Shown here piece by piece: positions 55,259-64,000 of a stretch of 64,000 nucleotides of DNA; within the stretch, counting starts at the first letter, position 1, and every line of letters starts with the position of its first letter. Source of the stretch: a virus; IMG/VR virus record IMGVR_UViG_3300006224_000007, positions 13,151 through 77,150 of that record; one strand, 5' to 3'. The notes beneath the pieces were generated by a model. The model did not search any database. It was not told the DNA's origin and saw only the letters and a program-made list of their open reading frames with translations. The position numbers were made by a program, and so were the translations under genes.

Positions 55259-56736
55259 TGCCTATTGGAGATGAAGATTATAGCAACAATTTACCCGCTC
55301 TAGGAAGATTTAAGCCTGGAAGTGTTGGCTCTGGAGAAGACACAGGAGCATTAGATGTTACTCTGTCTACTAATTTAGCTGGAGAACCAATTCGTTTTAC
55401 ACTTAATGAATCTCTTGATAATATTGTTTCTACAGGAACTTTAACTATGCTTAATGCCACTATTGGTGATGAGGGTGAGCAACAAGTTGGAGTTATGGGA
55501 GAAGTAAAAACCGAAGAAGATGAAGCTAAATGGGGAACATTATATGATTCTGCTCCTATAGAACCTAATCAATTAGCTACTGTAACCGAAAGTGGTGGTG
55601 GATTAGGAACTTGTACTACTTATTGGCGAGTAGTTGGAGTTACTTCATATCTTGATGAAAACGATGTTCCATACTATGAAGTACAACTTGAAGGATATGG
55701 TCAAATCGCTATTGATACTAAGTTTGACCCAAGTAAAATTGTTACAGAGCCTAGTATGGCATGGTTTTATCTTAAAGATTACTATGATTCTCTAGTAGAA
55801 AAATCACAAGCTGATTTAGATAATGATGGTTATATTTCAGAAGAAGAGGTTACAGATGCGACTGAACAAGAACCTGCCTTAGCCACAATTTTTGCTGGAG
55901 CAAGATATATAGTAGATGAACCAACAGATTATTTGACTCCTTTTTTAAATCAATTAAATGAAGCAGGATTAGAATGTGGTGCTGGAGGAACGCCAGGTAT
56001 CAGTGTAGTTCCTCTTGAAAGTAAAATTCAAAAAGGTGAAAGTTGTTGGCAAGTAATTGAAGATATTCTTGGTCTTAATGGATATATGGCTAGATTCAAA
56101 AGAGATAAAAAAATGGTTATGATTGATATAACTGGAACTGAAGGTTGGTCAGCTATGCCAACAGCAAAAGCAGATGATGGAACACCTATTTATGACCAGG
56201 AGGATATTGATAATCCCCCTCTACAAGATACAGATATAGGAGATTTTGGTAGAGGTTTACAATTAAGCTATTCAAAAGAAGGTGTCTTTAGCCAAGCTGT
56301 TGTATCGGGGATGGTTGGAAAAGTTGGTGAGGATGGATTATGGGTAGTTGATGGTGAAGACCCTAAAGAAGTAATTGTAACATCATCAGCAGGATTAAAC
56401 ATTCTTAATGGTCAAGTAGTAGAATTAGCTGTTCAAGTTGAAGAGAGATATCATTTACAATCTACTGATGAACTAACAAAGTTTGGTCAAAAAGAGCTTT
56501 ATAAGTCAGTAATAGGAGCTAGAAGTGCTACCTATGATAGTGAGTCTGTACCATTAGCAGTAGAAGTAGGAATGAGCATGACTGGTTCTTCAAAACTTGG
56601 TGGAGCTACTAATATTTTTATTACAGCCTTGAATAGAACTACAGATGCTCAACAAAATAAAATAACTACTGGATTATCTGGTACTCGTATTACTGGTGGT
56701 GCTGGTGGAGAAGAAAATACTATGGGATGGGAATAA
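55258..56736 (+). CDS. tail tip / baseplate hub protein (putative)
   Basis: position; GESCW.VI..IL pattern; acidic; EF-hand-like loop. Confidence 0.6.
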   Translation: MPIGDEDYSNNLPALGRFKPGSVGSGEDTGALDVTLSTNLAGEPIRFTLNESLDNIVSTGTLTMLNATIGDEGEQQVGVMGEVKTEEDEAKWGTLYDSAPIEPNQLATVTESGGGLGTCTTYWRVVGVTSYLDENDVPYYEVQLEGYGQIAIDTKFDPSKIVTEPSMAWFYLKDYYDSLVEKSQADLDNDGYISEEEVTDATEQEPALATIFAGARYIVDEPTDYLTPFLNQLNEAGLECGAGGTPGISVVPLESKIQKGESCWQVIEDILGLNGYMARFKRDKKMVMIDITGTEGWSAMPTAKADDGTPIYDQEDIDNPPLQDTDIGDFGRGLQLSYSKEGVFSQAVVSGMVGKVGEDGLWVVDGEDPKEVIVTSSAGLNILNGQVVELAVQVEERYHLQSTDELTKFGQKELYKSVIGARSATYDSESVPLAVEVGMSMTGSSKLGGATNIFITALNRTTDAQQNKITTGLSGTRITGGAGGEENTMGWE

Positions 56737-57242
56737 TGACTAAGAAAATAAATCTAAAAGCCTATACTTATCCAGCACGGAATTTAAATTATAGTGCTGG
56801 TGATATACTAAAAAAAATGCGTCAAAATCAAGAACTTGCTAGAATTAAACAAGCAAATGGATTAGTAACTCTTGGTGTAATGGAAGCAACACAAGTTGAA
56901 GGTGGTTATGGATGGGCTATAAGTGACTATATTCCATTTGCCTTTGCTTATGTTTCTAGACCAATATTTACTTCAGGATTAGATGGAACGGCTGGAATAG
57001 ATTTTAGTGCGCTTGGAGACAATATGTATACTCAAGCACTTCCAACATCATTATCTGAGCTAACAGCAGAAGATTATCAACCGGCGATTTTTATACCTAG
57101 AGTAATTCATTGGCATATTGAAGATAAAATCTTCTTTGGATGCTATCTTTTAGTATGTCAAGTAAACTCAGAGTGTACTGAAACCGATAAAGTAGTAAGA
57201 ATACATTATAGATTCGAAGGAAAAGGATATGTAGCCTCTTAG
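56727..57242 (+). CDS. tail tip protein (putative)
   Basis: position; I.F...Y...P.FT.G pattern. Confidence 0.45.
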   Translation: MGIMTKKINLKAYTYPARNLNYSAGDILKKMRQNQELARIKQANGLVTLGVMEATQVEGGYGWAISDYIPFAFAYVSRPIFTSGLDGTAGIDFSALGDNMYTQALPTSLSELTAEDYQPAIFIPRVIHWHIEDKIFFGCYLLVCQVNSECTETDKVVRIHYRFEGKGYVAS

Positions 57243-57258
57243 TAGGAAAGGATAAAAC

Positions 57259-59028
57259 ATGACAGTAACAACAACAGATTATTTTGGATTTACAGCAGTT
57301 CATAATGCAGTTCCCTCTACTAATGATTGGGCAGCTACTTATTGGAATTGGATTGCCGCCGATGAAATTTTATATGGGCTTGTAGCACATACACATACTG
57401 GAGCAGCAGCAGTACAAAATCCTACAGGAACATTGTCATTAAGTACGGCAACAACAGGAGGATATTTACCGGCCAGTACAACTTATTATATCGCAATAAC
57501 TTATGTTGATGCTCTTACAAGAGAAACGGCAGCTTCAGATGTTGTAAGCATAGCAACAGGAGCAGGAATAACAACTCCTACTACACCTACTATAAATGAT
57601 GATGCTACTCCTACTGATATTCAAACTTGTCCTGGTGGTCTTACTGGTGGAGATTATTGGTATAAAATCTCTTACACAAAAGATGGGGGAGAATCCTTAC
57701 CAAGCGCACCAGTATATGTATCAATTCCTACTGATGATACTTATGAATGTACTATTCATTTTCAATCTCTTAATGAAGTTGCTAATGGTGCAGATGCAAT
57801 ATTTGTTTACAGAAAAATTGGAAACTCTGGTAGCTATGTAAAACTAGCTGAAATTACTGCTGGAGCTACAAATTCTTATACTGATGATAACACTGGAGTA
57901 CCTACTTGTGATAAGGCTCCTGTAACTGCTAGTACGATTAGTTCTTTCAATACAATTACAATAAATTGGGCTGCACTTGATTATACTAGTGCAGAAAAAG
58001 TAAGAATTTATGGAACTACAACTAGTGGAACTTATCCAACTAATTCTCTTATTGCTGAAGTAGATATGAATGATGCTACTCCTGTAGAAGAATATGAATG
58101 GACTGGAGTAGCAAGAACATTAGGAAAACCCCCAGCAGTTAGCCATTGTTATTCTAGCCCTGGAAAGATTACCCTAACTGCTGGCGCAGAAATAGAAGGT
58201 AACTTACCTTGGGCAAATCTTCCTTCTGATTTTAGTTGGCAAGCACCTGTAGCTAATTCTGCGGCATTACCTGATGGAATCGCAGGAGAAGCCAGAGTAG
58301 TTCTGGATGAAGATGCTATCTATATTTGGGATGATGATTTAGCTACTCCTGCATGGACTAAGGTATCAGGCTTAGTTGATTTTGAAGAGCTTGAAATTGA
58401 GGCTTTTGGAGTTATTAACTGGGATAGCATGACTACTGTAGGAATTGCCAATACTCATTTACTCATTGTTATACCAGAAGAAGCAGAATCTTCTGACAAC
58501 AACAATAAAATGGTAGGTCTATTTGTTTGGCGCGAAGATTGGGCCACTCCTGCATGGCAACGTCTTAATTATTGTTTGCCATTTGAATATACAGCAATTG
58601 GTAAAACTCCATTTAGTACTGATGAACCAGGAGTTATGTGGGTAAGATATAGTGAATCAGAAGATACTTATTATCTTGCCTATAATAATCAGGATGGGTC
58701 TGCTACATGGACGTTTCCACTGGTTATAAGTAATCAAGCTGTTGGTTCATTAAATGATGAAATAGGATATTTTGGTTGGTGGGAAACTGGAATGGATGAT
58801 ATAACACCTAACTATAGTTATGGTGCTATAAGATTTAACTGGGATGATAAAGCATTTCAATATTATGATGATACTATTGCTACTCCTGCTTGGGTTGATG
58901 GACCAGGAGTAGTAAAAACTGGAGAAACTGTGGCTGATGTTGCTGAAGATGCTACTCCTACTCCTGAGCAGCTAAAAATAAATGAGATACTAGAAGTGCT
59001 TAGAACTTCTGGTCTTATTGAAACCTAA
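57259..59028 (+). CDS. tail fibre / minor structural protein with Fn3-like repeats
   Basis: HTHTG, two GG.L...Y.Y.I.Y....E..S units, W-D hairpin repeats, C-terminal KINEIL..LR..GLI. Confidence 0.65.
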   Translation: MTVTTTDYFGFTAVHNAVPSTNDWAATYWNWIAADEILYGLVAHTHTGAAAVQNPTGTLSLSTATTGGYLPASTTYYIAITYVDALTRETAASDVVSIATGAGITTPTTPTINDDATPTDIQTCPGGLTGGDYWYKISYTKDGGESLPSAPVYVSIPTDDTYECTIHFQSLNEVANGADAIFVYRKIGNSGSYVKLAEITAGATNSYTDDNTGVPTCDKAPVTASTISSFNTITINWAALDYTSAEKVRIYGTTTSGTYPTNSLIAEVDMNDATPVEEYEWTGVARTLGKPPAVSHCYSSPGKITLTAGAEIEGNLPWANLPSDFSWQAPVANSAALPDGIAGEARVVLDEDAIYIWDDDLATPAWTKVSGLVDFEELEIEAFGVINWDSMTTVGIANTHLLIVIPEEAESSDNNNKMVGLFVWREDWATPAWQRLNYCLPFEYTAIGKTPFSTDEPGVMWVRYSESEDTYYLAYNNQDGSATWTFPLVISNQAVGSLNDEIGYFGWWETGMDDITPNYSYGAIRFNWDDKAFQYYDDTIATPAWVDGPGVVKTGETVADVAEDATPTPEQLKINEILEVLRTSGLIET

Positions 59029-59045
59029 TATTTAGGAGCCGCTGA

Positions 59046-59912
59046 ATGCCATCAGCTAGAAAAAGAATAATTTATACTCATGATGATTGGGATTGGGATT
59101 TACAAGCTGAAGGATATTATTTTTTTAGTGACCAATTACCCGAACTATATACTGATGCTATTAATGGAACACATGACCATCTAACTAAAATTGGAACTGA
59201 TAGACATTTTACTACTGGTAAAGTAATAGTTACAGACATAGATAATATATGGGATATAGTCAATGCTAGACAAACAAACAGTTCCAGTAATAATGGATAC
59301 CTTCGTTATACTGAGATTAGAATGGATGAAGACCCAGCAGTAGCTTGGGATAATATATTAACTGATTCTGGTGGCGGTTTTATCTTTTTTGACTTCACAG
59401 TAGGTAATTTTTCTCCAGGAAAAAGACTATATTATTTAACTGAAGGTGCTAATGCGGGAAATTATAGTGCGCGTTGGGAAGTGTTGTGGTTAAATTTTTG
59501 GGGAATGGCAACTGATAGAACACCAATAACAAAGCGTATCTATTTTCCTATAGGTTATAGCACTTCTAGCTATAATTTATGTGTTTCAGAAACAGTTAGC
59601 ATTTATCTTCAAAATTCTGGAGATTATCCTACTAGTACTGCTGAAGCACAAGCTAAACAGTATTCCCCAGGAACTTTGCTATATACTTTTCCTACAATAG
59701 CTTCTACTGGAAGACAGTATGCTGCATTAGATATTACAACTAGTGTTGCTGCTCCTGTTACTTTGATGATAACATCAACTAATCAAACATCACAACCAAC
59801 AATAGAAGATGAAACTGATGGTACTAGTCACAATAGAGAGGCAGCACTATTGATGCAGGTTGATTCCTCTCATTATGCTAAACTAGTACAATATTATGGT
59901 TGGGTGGGCTAA
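59046..59912 (+). CDS. putative minor tail / receptor-binding protein
   Basis: Thr/Ser/Tyr-rich beta protein in the tail module. Confidence 0.45.
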   Translation: MPSARKRIIYTHDDWDWDLQAEGYYFFSDQLPELYTDAINGTHDHLTKIGTDRHFTTGKVIVTDIDNIWDIVNARQTNSSSNNGYLRYTEIRMDEDPAVAWDNILTDSGGGFIFFDFTVGNFSPGKRLYYLTEGANAGNYSARWEVLWLNFWGMATDRTPITKRIYFPIGYSTSSYNLCVSETVSIYLQNSGDYPTSTAEAQAKQYSPGTLLYTFPTIASTGRQYAALDITTSVAAPVTLMITSTNQTSQPTIEDETDGTSHNREAALLMQVDSSHYAKLVQYYGWVG

Positions 59913-61204
59913 TGGCTTTAACTTATTATCATCCAGATATGTCATTTTATAATATTTCAGAGACAAACCATAAACATATAAAAGTATGGGAGTCTAGAGA
60001 TAATGGTAACACATGGGAAGTTCTTCATAATGGTGGTTATATAAATTGTAACTCTCCTTCAGACTATTTTTCAACAGTAGCTAGTCCTGTTGGTGGAGAT
60101 TACAAAAAAGGACTAATGGCAGAAACTACTCCCTTTGCCTTTGATGAAGATAGAAATATCCATGTATGCCAAATTGTTTATAGGCATTCATCTGATTCTG
60201 TTGACCAAGGATTTACAGGTATAAAATATTTTATCAATGATGAGGTTGTACTAGAAAAAACTTTATATTTAATGCTTAATCAAGCTGATGTAACTGATGT
60301 TTGGGAAGATGGTACAGATTATCGTGCAATTGAAGGCCAATTAATAGTTAAGGATGATGGTACAGCTAAGTTTTTTCTGTTTCCAGATAAAAGAGTTATC
60401 TCAGGAGGTTCAGCAACTTGGACTAATGCTTTCCATGTAGTTAACTTTAATGTTACTGGTTCAAGTGCTACTTATGTTAATACTGAAACTTATGACCTTG
60501 GAATTACTAGTGATGGTTCTCCAACTGGCTATAAACTATTTTTTGTTCATGAAAAAGCTGACGGAACTTATTATGTTGGTGCATTATTAAATGAAAAGGC
60601 TGTTCTAATTGCCTATGATGGAGAAAGTGCTACTCTAGTAGAGAACTACTCATTAGGAACCAATAATAAATATGATATAACAATAACCGATGATTATATG
60701 GCTATTATCTCAAGTACAAGAGATACAATAAAGATATATAAAATTGCTGATGATTCATGGGTAACAATGCCACCTTCTGGAGCTTATGCAGAAAGTATTA
60801 CTACGTCACTTTTTGTCAATATTATAGGCACTAAAGTTTTTCTATATGCTGATATCTATTATTATGAAACTGTAGAAGATGAGGCTGGAGTAGGGAAAAT
60901 TTATTACAGAGATATAGAAACTGGAACTGAATGGCTTACCTTTTCAGTTCCTCCAGGAAACTCAAGAGTTGGTTATGATTTACCTGAACCCGGTACTTTT
61001 CCAGAGGTTATGATTACTTCACGTTCTGAAGAAGAGGGAATTGAATTCGTTTTGTGTAGAGTGGTTGGTTATTGGGGGGGAGTTGATGTGACTACGGCTC
61101 CAGCCGATATCATGTATGTAAGGGTTTCTCTTATTGGTTCAGCAGAAGCAGGACCAAACAGTGAAAGAGCAAATAAAACTAATAATAAATATGGAGCAGG
61201 ATAA
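59900..61204 (+). CDS. putative beta-propeller receptor-binding protein
   Basis: BNR/Asp-box SRDNGNTW; beta-rich; tail module. Confidence 0.5.
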   Translation: MGGLMALTYYHPDMSFYNISETNHKHIKVWESRDNGNTWEVLHNGGYINCNSPSDYFSTVASPVGGDYKKGLMAETTPFAFDEDRNIHVCQIVYRHSSDSVDQGFTGIKYFINDEVVLEKTLYLMLNQADVTDVWEDGTDYRAIEGQLIVKDDGTAKFFLFPDKRVISGGSATWTNAFHVVNFNVTGSSATYVNTETYDLGITSDGSPTGYKLFFVHEKADGTYYVGALLNEKAVLIAYDGESATLVENYSLGTNNKYDITITDDYMAIISSTRDTIKIYKIADDSWVTMPPSGAYAESITTSLFVNIIGTKVFLYADIYYYETVEDEAGVGKIYYRDIETGTEWLTFSVPPGNSRVGYDLPEPGTFPEVMITSRSEEEGIEFVLCRVVGYWGGVDVTTAPADIMYVRVSLIGSAEAGPNSERANKTNNKYGAG

Positions 61205-61761
61205 TGAGTTTACCAATAGAACAACTTATAGCTGGAGTTTTTATGCTGTTCGGCGCACTTGTCACCGGCTTCTTTTCGGTGTATACTGCCAAGGTGAACA
61301 AAAAAATCTCTCAGGTAAAGAAGAAAACTGAGCAGAATCAGACATTAACGGCAGAAAATGGTATACTAGAACAGATAATCCCTGCTTTGGAAAGAAAGGA
61401 CGAGGCACTTGACAAAATCGCTGAAGTACTCGATAATATCCTTAGAGCGCAGACTCTTACCAGTCAGCAGCTAAAAAGTTTAACTATTATCACTGAGGCA
61501 AGATGCCAAGCTCTTGATTTAATAAAGACTATAAAGGCCATAGAAGATGCTAGGATTATGCGAGAAAAGCTTTCCCAATTAAAAGACGATAAACAAGATG
61601 CTATTCAAATAAGACAAGATGCTACCCAAATAAGGCAAGATGTTAGTCAAATAAGAGTAGATGCTGCTCAAGAAAGAGTAGATAAAGCTGCTGAAGGATA
61701 TGTATCAACTTTGGATGAAATAGTTAAGGCTCTTGAAAATGGTAAAAATAACTGCAAATAA
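61204..61761 (+). CDS. membrane-anchored coiled-coil protein (lysis-region type)
   Basis: N-terminal hydrophobic helix, coiled coil, 7 aa repeats QDAxQIR. Confidence 0.55.
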   Translation: MSLPIEQLIAGVFMLFGALVTGFFSVYTAKVNKKISQVKKKTEQNQTLTAENGILEQIIPALERKDEALDKIAEVLDNILRAQTLTSQQLKSLTIITEARCQALDLIKTIKAIEDARIMREKLSQLKDDKQDAIQIRQDATQIRQDVSQIRVDAAQERVDKAAEGYVSTLDEIVKALENGKNNCK

Positions 61762-61969
61762 GGAAAGGGGGTGGGTATAGACTAGTTTAGTCTAGTTAAA
61801 AAGATGCCAGTTTTGAAGACACTCCAAAAAATAGATGAACTCGCTGTTAAACAGGAGGAAATAGAAAAGCGAGAGTTAGCGCGTAGAGAAGACCTTATGC
61901 TACGTTTAGCCAAAAGTAAGAATAACAACTTAAAGTTGTTTAGTTTAAAATCAAAAGGAGAGTAAATTT

Positions 61970-63070
61970 TTGCAAGCTGACCAATTTCAATTCATAGGTG
62001 AACGATTAAAAGAAGAACAGTCGTGGAAAGAAGTAACAACAGAATTTAATAACGAATATAAAATAGGTGTCACTCAAGAGGCACTAAGAAAGAGGTATCA
62101 AAGGGAGATTTCAAGGTTAGAAACTCTAGGCGATGACCCAGTAGAAAAGGCTTTTAGGCTGATAAGAACAAATCCCCAAAAGCCTACTGATTTAGCCAAG
62201 AGGTTTAATTTAGATATGGATGGTCTTGAAGACCTTCTAGATGACTTGCTTAATAGTAGAACAGCCATAAAATTCCATCAAGGATATCTTGTCTTTGATA
62301 GGTTAGCTCCTACTCCTGATAACATATCTCATAAGATTAACTTGTTTAAGGACGGAGAATGGATTAAATGGGGAATTATGGCAGACCCTCATATTTGTTC
62401 TACTCATGAGCAGTTAGACCTTCTATATAACTTCTATAAGATTTGTGAAGAAGAGAAAGTAGAAGGTGTTATTTGTGCAGGAGATTTCACTTCAGGTAAC
62501 GGTACAGTATATCGTGGTCAAATGCAAGACCTTAAAATAGTTGGAGAAGATAAGCAAATTAACTATGTTTGCTCTGTGTTTCCTCAAACTAGTCTTAAAA
62601 CCTATACTATTAGTGGAAACCATGACTTAGACCTTTATAAACAATGTGGCTCTGATATTGTTCAAAAAATAGCTGATAAACGAGATGATATTGTCTATCT
62701 AGGTAAAATGAGCGCCACTATGGAACAGGATGGTATTAAATTTCTTGTCCATCATGGTGAAGGTGGATTAGGATTAGTTCGTAGCTACAAACCACAAAGA
62801 ATTCTTGATAGTTTAAAAGCAGAATCAATTTGTGATGTGTCTATTATAGGGCATTGGCATATTTCTCTTTATATGCCTAGCTATCGTGACTCTATTGTAT
62901 TACTACCTGCTTGTTTTGAAGCTCAGAGTGATTACCTTATTAAAAAACGGCTAGACCCTGATGTTGGCGGGGTTATATTGCATATGAAAGTAGCCGATAT
63001 TGATGGTATCAAGAAAATTGTTAGACATAAAGTTGATTTTCTAGATTTGGGGGTTTTAAAAGGAGCGTAA
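61970..63070 (+). CDS. calcineurin-like metallophosphoesterase with N-terminal HTH-like region
   Basis: ADPH, AGD, GNHD, HHG, GHWH. Confidence 0.85.
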   Translation: MQADQFQFIGERLKEEQSWKEVTTEFNNEYKIGVTQEALRKRYQREISRLETLGDDPVEKAFRLIRTNPQKPTDLAKRFNLDMDGLEDLLDDLLNSRTAIKFHQGYLVFDRLAPTPDNISHKINLFKDGEWIKWGIMADPHICSTHEQLDLLYNFYKICEEEKVEGVICAGDFTSGNGTVYRGQMQDLKIVGEDKQINYVCSVFPQTSLKTYTISGNHDLDLYKQCGSDIVQKIADKRDDIVYLGKMSATMEQDGIKFLVHHGEGGLGLVRSYKPQRILDSLKAESICDVSIIGHWHISLYMPSYRDSIVLLPACFEAQSDYLIKKRLDPDVGGVILHMKVADIDGIKKIVRHKVDFLDLGVLKGA

Positions 63071-63272
63071 TGAAAAAAGAGAAAGACAGAAAATTACCTT
63101 CTGCCTGTTATGATTACCTAATTAAAAATGGAATGGATGAAGCCGTAGCCTTAGAAATAGATGAATATACACAGCAGAAAGAGAAAAGACGCAAAAGAAT
63201 GGAGCGAAAGGACAAGGATGAAAAATGGAAATAAGAAATAAGTGTAAAACTAAAAAGAAAGGAAAGAAATAA

Positions 63273-63638
63273 ATGGAAGAAATTACTTGGCAGGGATTAG
63301 CAACTCTTCCTGGTGCCGTTGCTGCTGTAACGCTAGTTTTAACTATTCTTAAAGCTGTTTTAGGAATTTACTGGACAGAATTCGTAAATAGAATTGCTGC
63401 TCTAGCTCTTTCTGTAGCAGTTGTTGTTGGTGTTACTGCATATTTTGGTAATGGTGAATGGCCTAGCTATATTCTAGCCGTATTTAACGGTTTAATTGTT
63501 GCTGGAGCCTTACTAGGTGTAACTCAGGTCTATAATCGTAAGATTGTAGAAGATAGAGCATTAGGATTTAAACCTAGATTTAGAGATATATTTAAAAGAA
63601 AACCTAAAGAAGTAACGTTCGCTAAAAAAGGCAAATAA
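63273..63638 (+). CDS. holin-like membrane protein
   Basis: three hydrophobic segments and a basic C-terminal tail. Confidence 0.65.
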   Translation: MEEITWQGLATLPGAVAAVTLVLTILKAVLGIYWTEFVNRIAALALSVAVVVGVTAYFGNGEWPSYILAVFNGLIVAGALLGVTQVYNRKIVEDRALGFKPRFRDIFKRKPKEVTFAKKGK

Positions 63639-63641
63639 ATT

Positions 63642-64000
63642 GTGGAAACAATAGATTGGGCATCTGCACTTCAAGATACGGCTCTTATTGCTGGTGTATC
63701 TACAGCAATATTCTTTGTCCTTGATTTTATCAAGAGACTTTACTATAAACTACCTTGGGGGTGGGTACAAAAAACGCCGGGAGAAGTGTGGTTTGCCCTT
63801 TCTATTGCTTTAGGATTAGCAGTTGCATTACTTATTTTATGGCCTGTTCTAACCGCTGGTGAAGGTTCCTTGTTTAATAAATTTACGGCTGGTATTTATG
63901 GTCTTGTTTTTGGTGCTGGAAGTAAACTAATTAACTCTATATCATCTTCGGCAGGATTAAAGCTTAAAGCTTCTAAAGAAGAATCAACAGCAAGAATTGA
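63642..64000 (+). CDS. second holin-like membrane protein (runs off the window end)
   Basis: manual translation from GTG 63642: METIDWASALQDTALIAGVSTAIFFVLDFIK..., three hydrophobic segments, no stop in window. Confidence 0.55.
   Translation, partial: METIDWASALQDTALIAGVSTAIFFVLDFIKRLYYKLPWGWVQKTPGEVWFALSIALGLAVALLILWPVLTAGEGSLFNKFTAGIYGLVFGAGSKLINSISSSAGLKLKASKEESTARI

Noticed and set aside
477-57303. Minus-strand and nested alternative-frame ORFs in the ORF track
   Set aside because: They overlap well-supported + strand genes or the frameshift extension, and I saw no RBS or motif support. The Val-rich ORF at 5523-5828 is simply the antisense of the Thr repeats.
57259-61204. Diversity-generating retroelement or invertible fibre cassette
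   Set aside because: No reverse transcriptase, recombinase or template/variable repeat pair was seen.
1-64000. Genome-wide stop-codon reassignment
   Set aside because: Long conserved genes are intact in the standard code and TAA, TAG and TGA all end genes cleanly. Only one isolated in-frame TAG (61783) was seen.

Overview
The window is part of an AT-rich tailed dsDNA phage genome (siphovirus-type). All credible genes lie on the + strand and are tightly packed. Gene order: (1-14 kb) accessory region with an RNA ligase, an SLH-glucosaminidase, two Thr-rich surface proteins, a PAPS-reductase-family protein, an RlaP-like nucleotidyltransferase, RtcB and a tandem array of small SH3/KOW-like paralogs; (14-29 kb) replication, recombination and nucleotide metabolism (SSB, family A polymerase, kinase, RecA, PD-(D/E)xK nucleases, SpoVS, class II RNR); (30-37 kb) a glycosyltransferase / FkbM methyltransferase / SGNH / cytidylyltransferase cluster; (38-61 kb) morphogenesis (intein-containing TerL, portal, scaffold, capsid, tail tube, frameshifted chaperone, ~2200 aa tape measure, tail tip and fibres); (61-64 kb) a metallophosphoesterase and two holin-like genes. 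SLH, a sortase-type signal, SpoVS and strong GGGGGTG ribosome-binding sites suggest a Gram-positive host (inference). No tRNA, CRISPR array or integrase was seen. The best candidate for a new system is virion O-glycosylation: the glycan cluster sits just upstream of the structural genes, and an Ala-Thr-Pro motif recurs in capsid, adaptor and fibre proteins. Also notable are a 65% GC island with helically phased repeats after the polymerase, the SH3-like gene array and a sortase-type mucin-like protein. All functional calls come from motif recognition by eye, not database searches.
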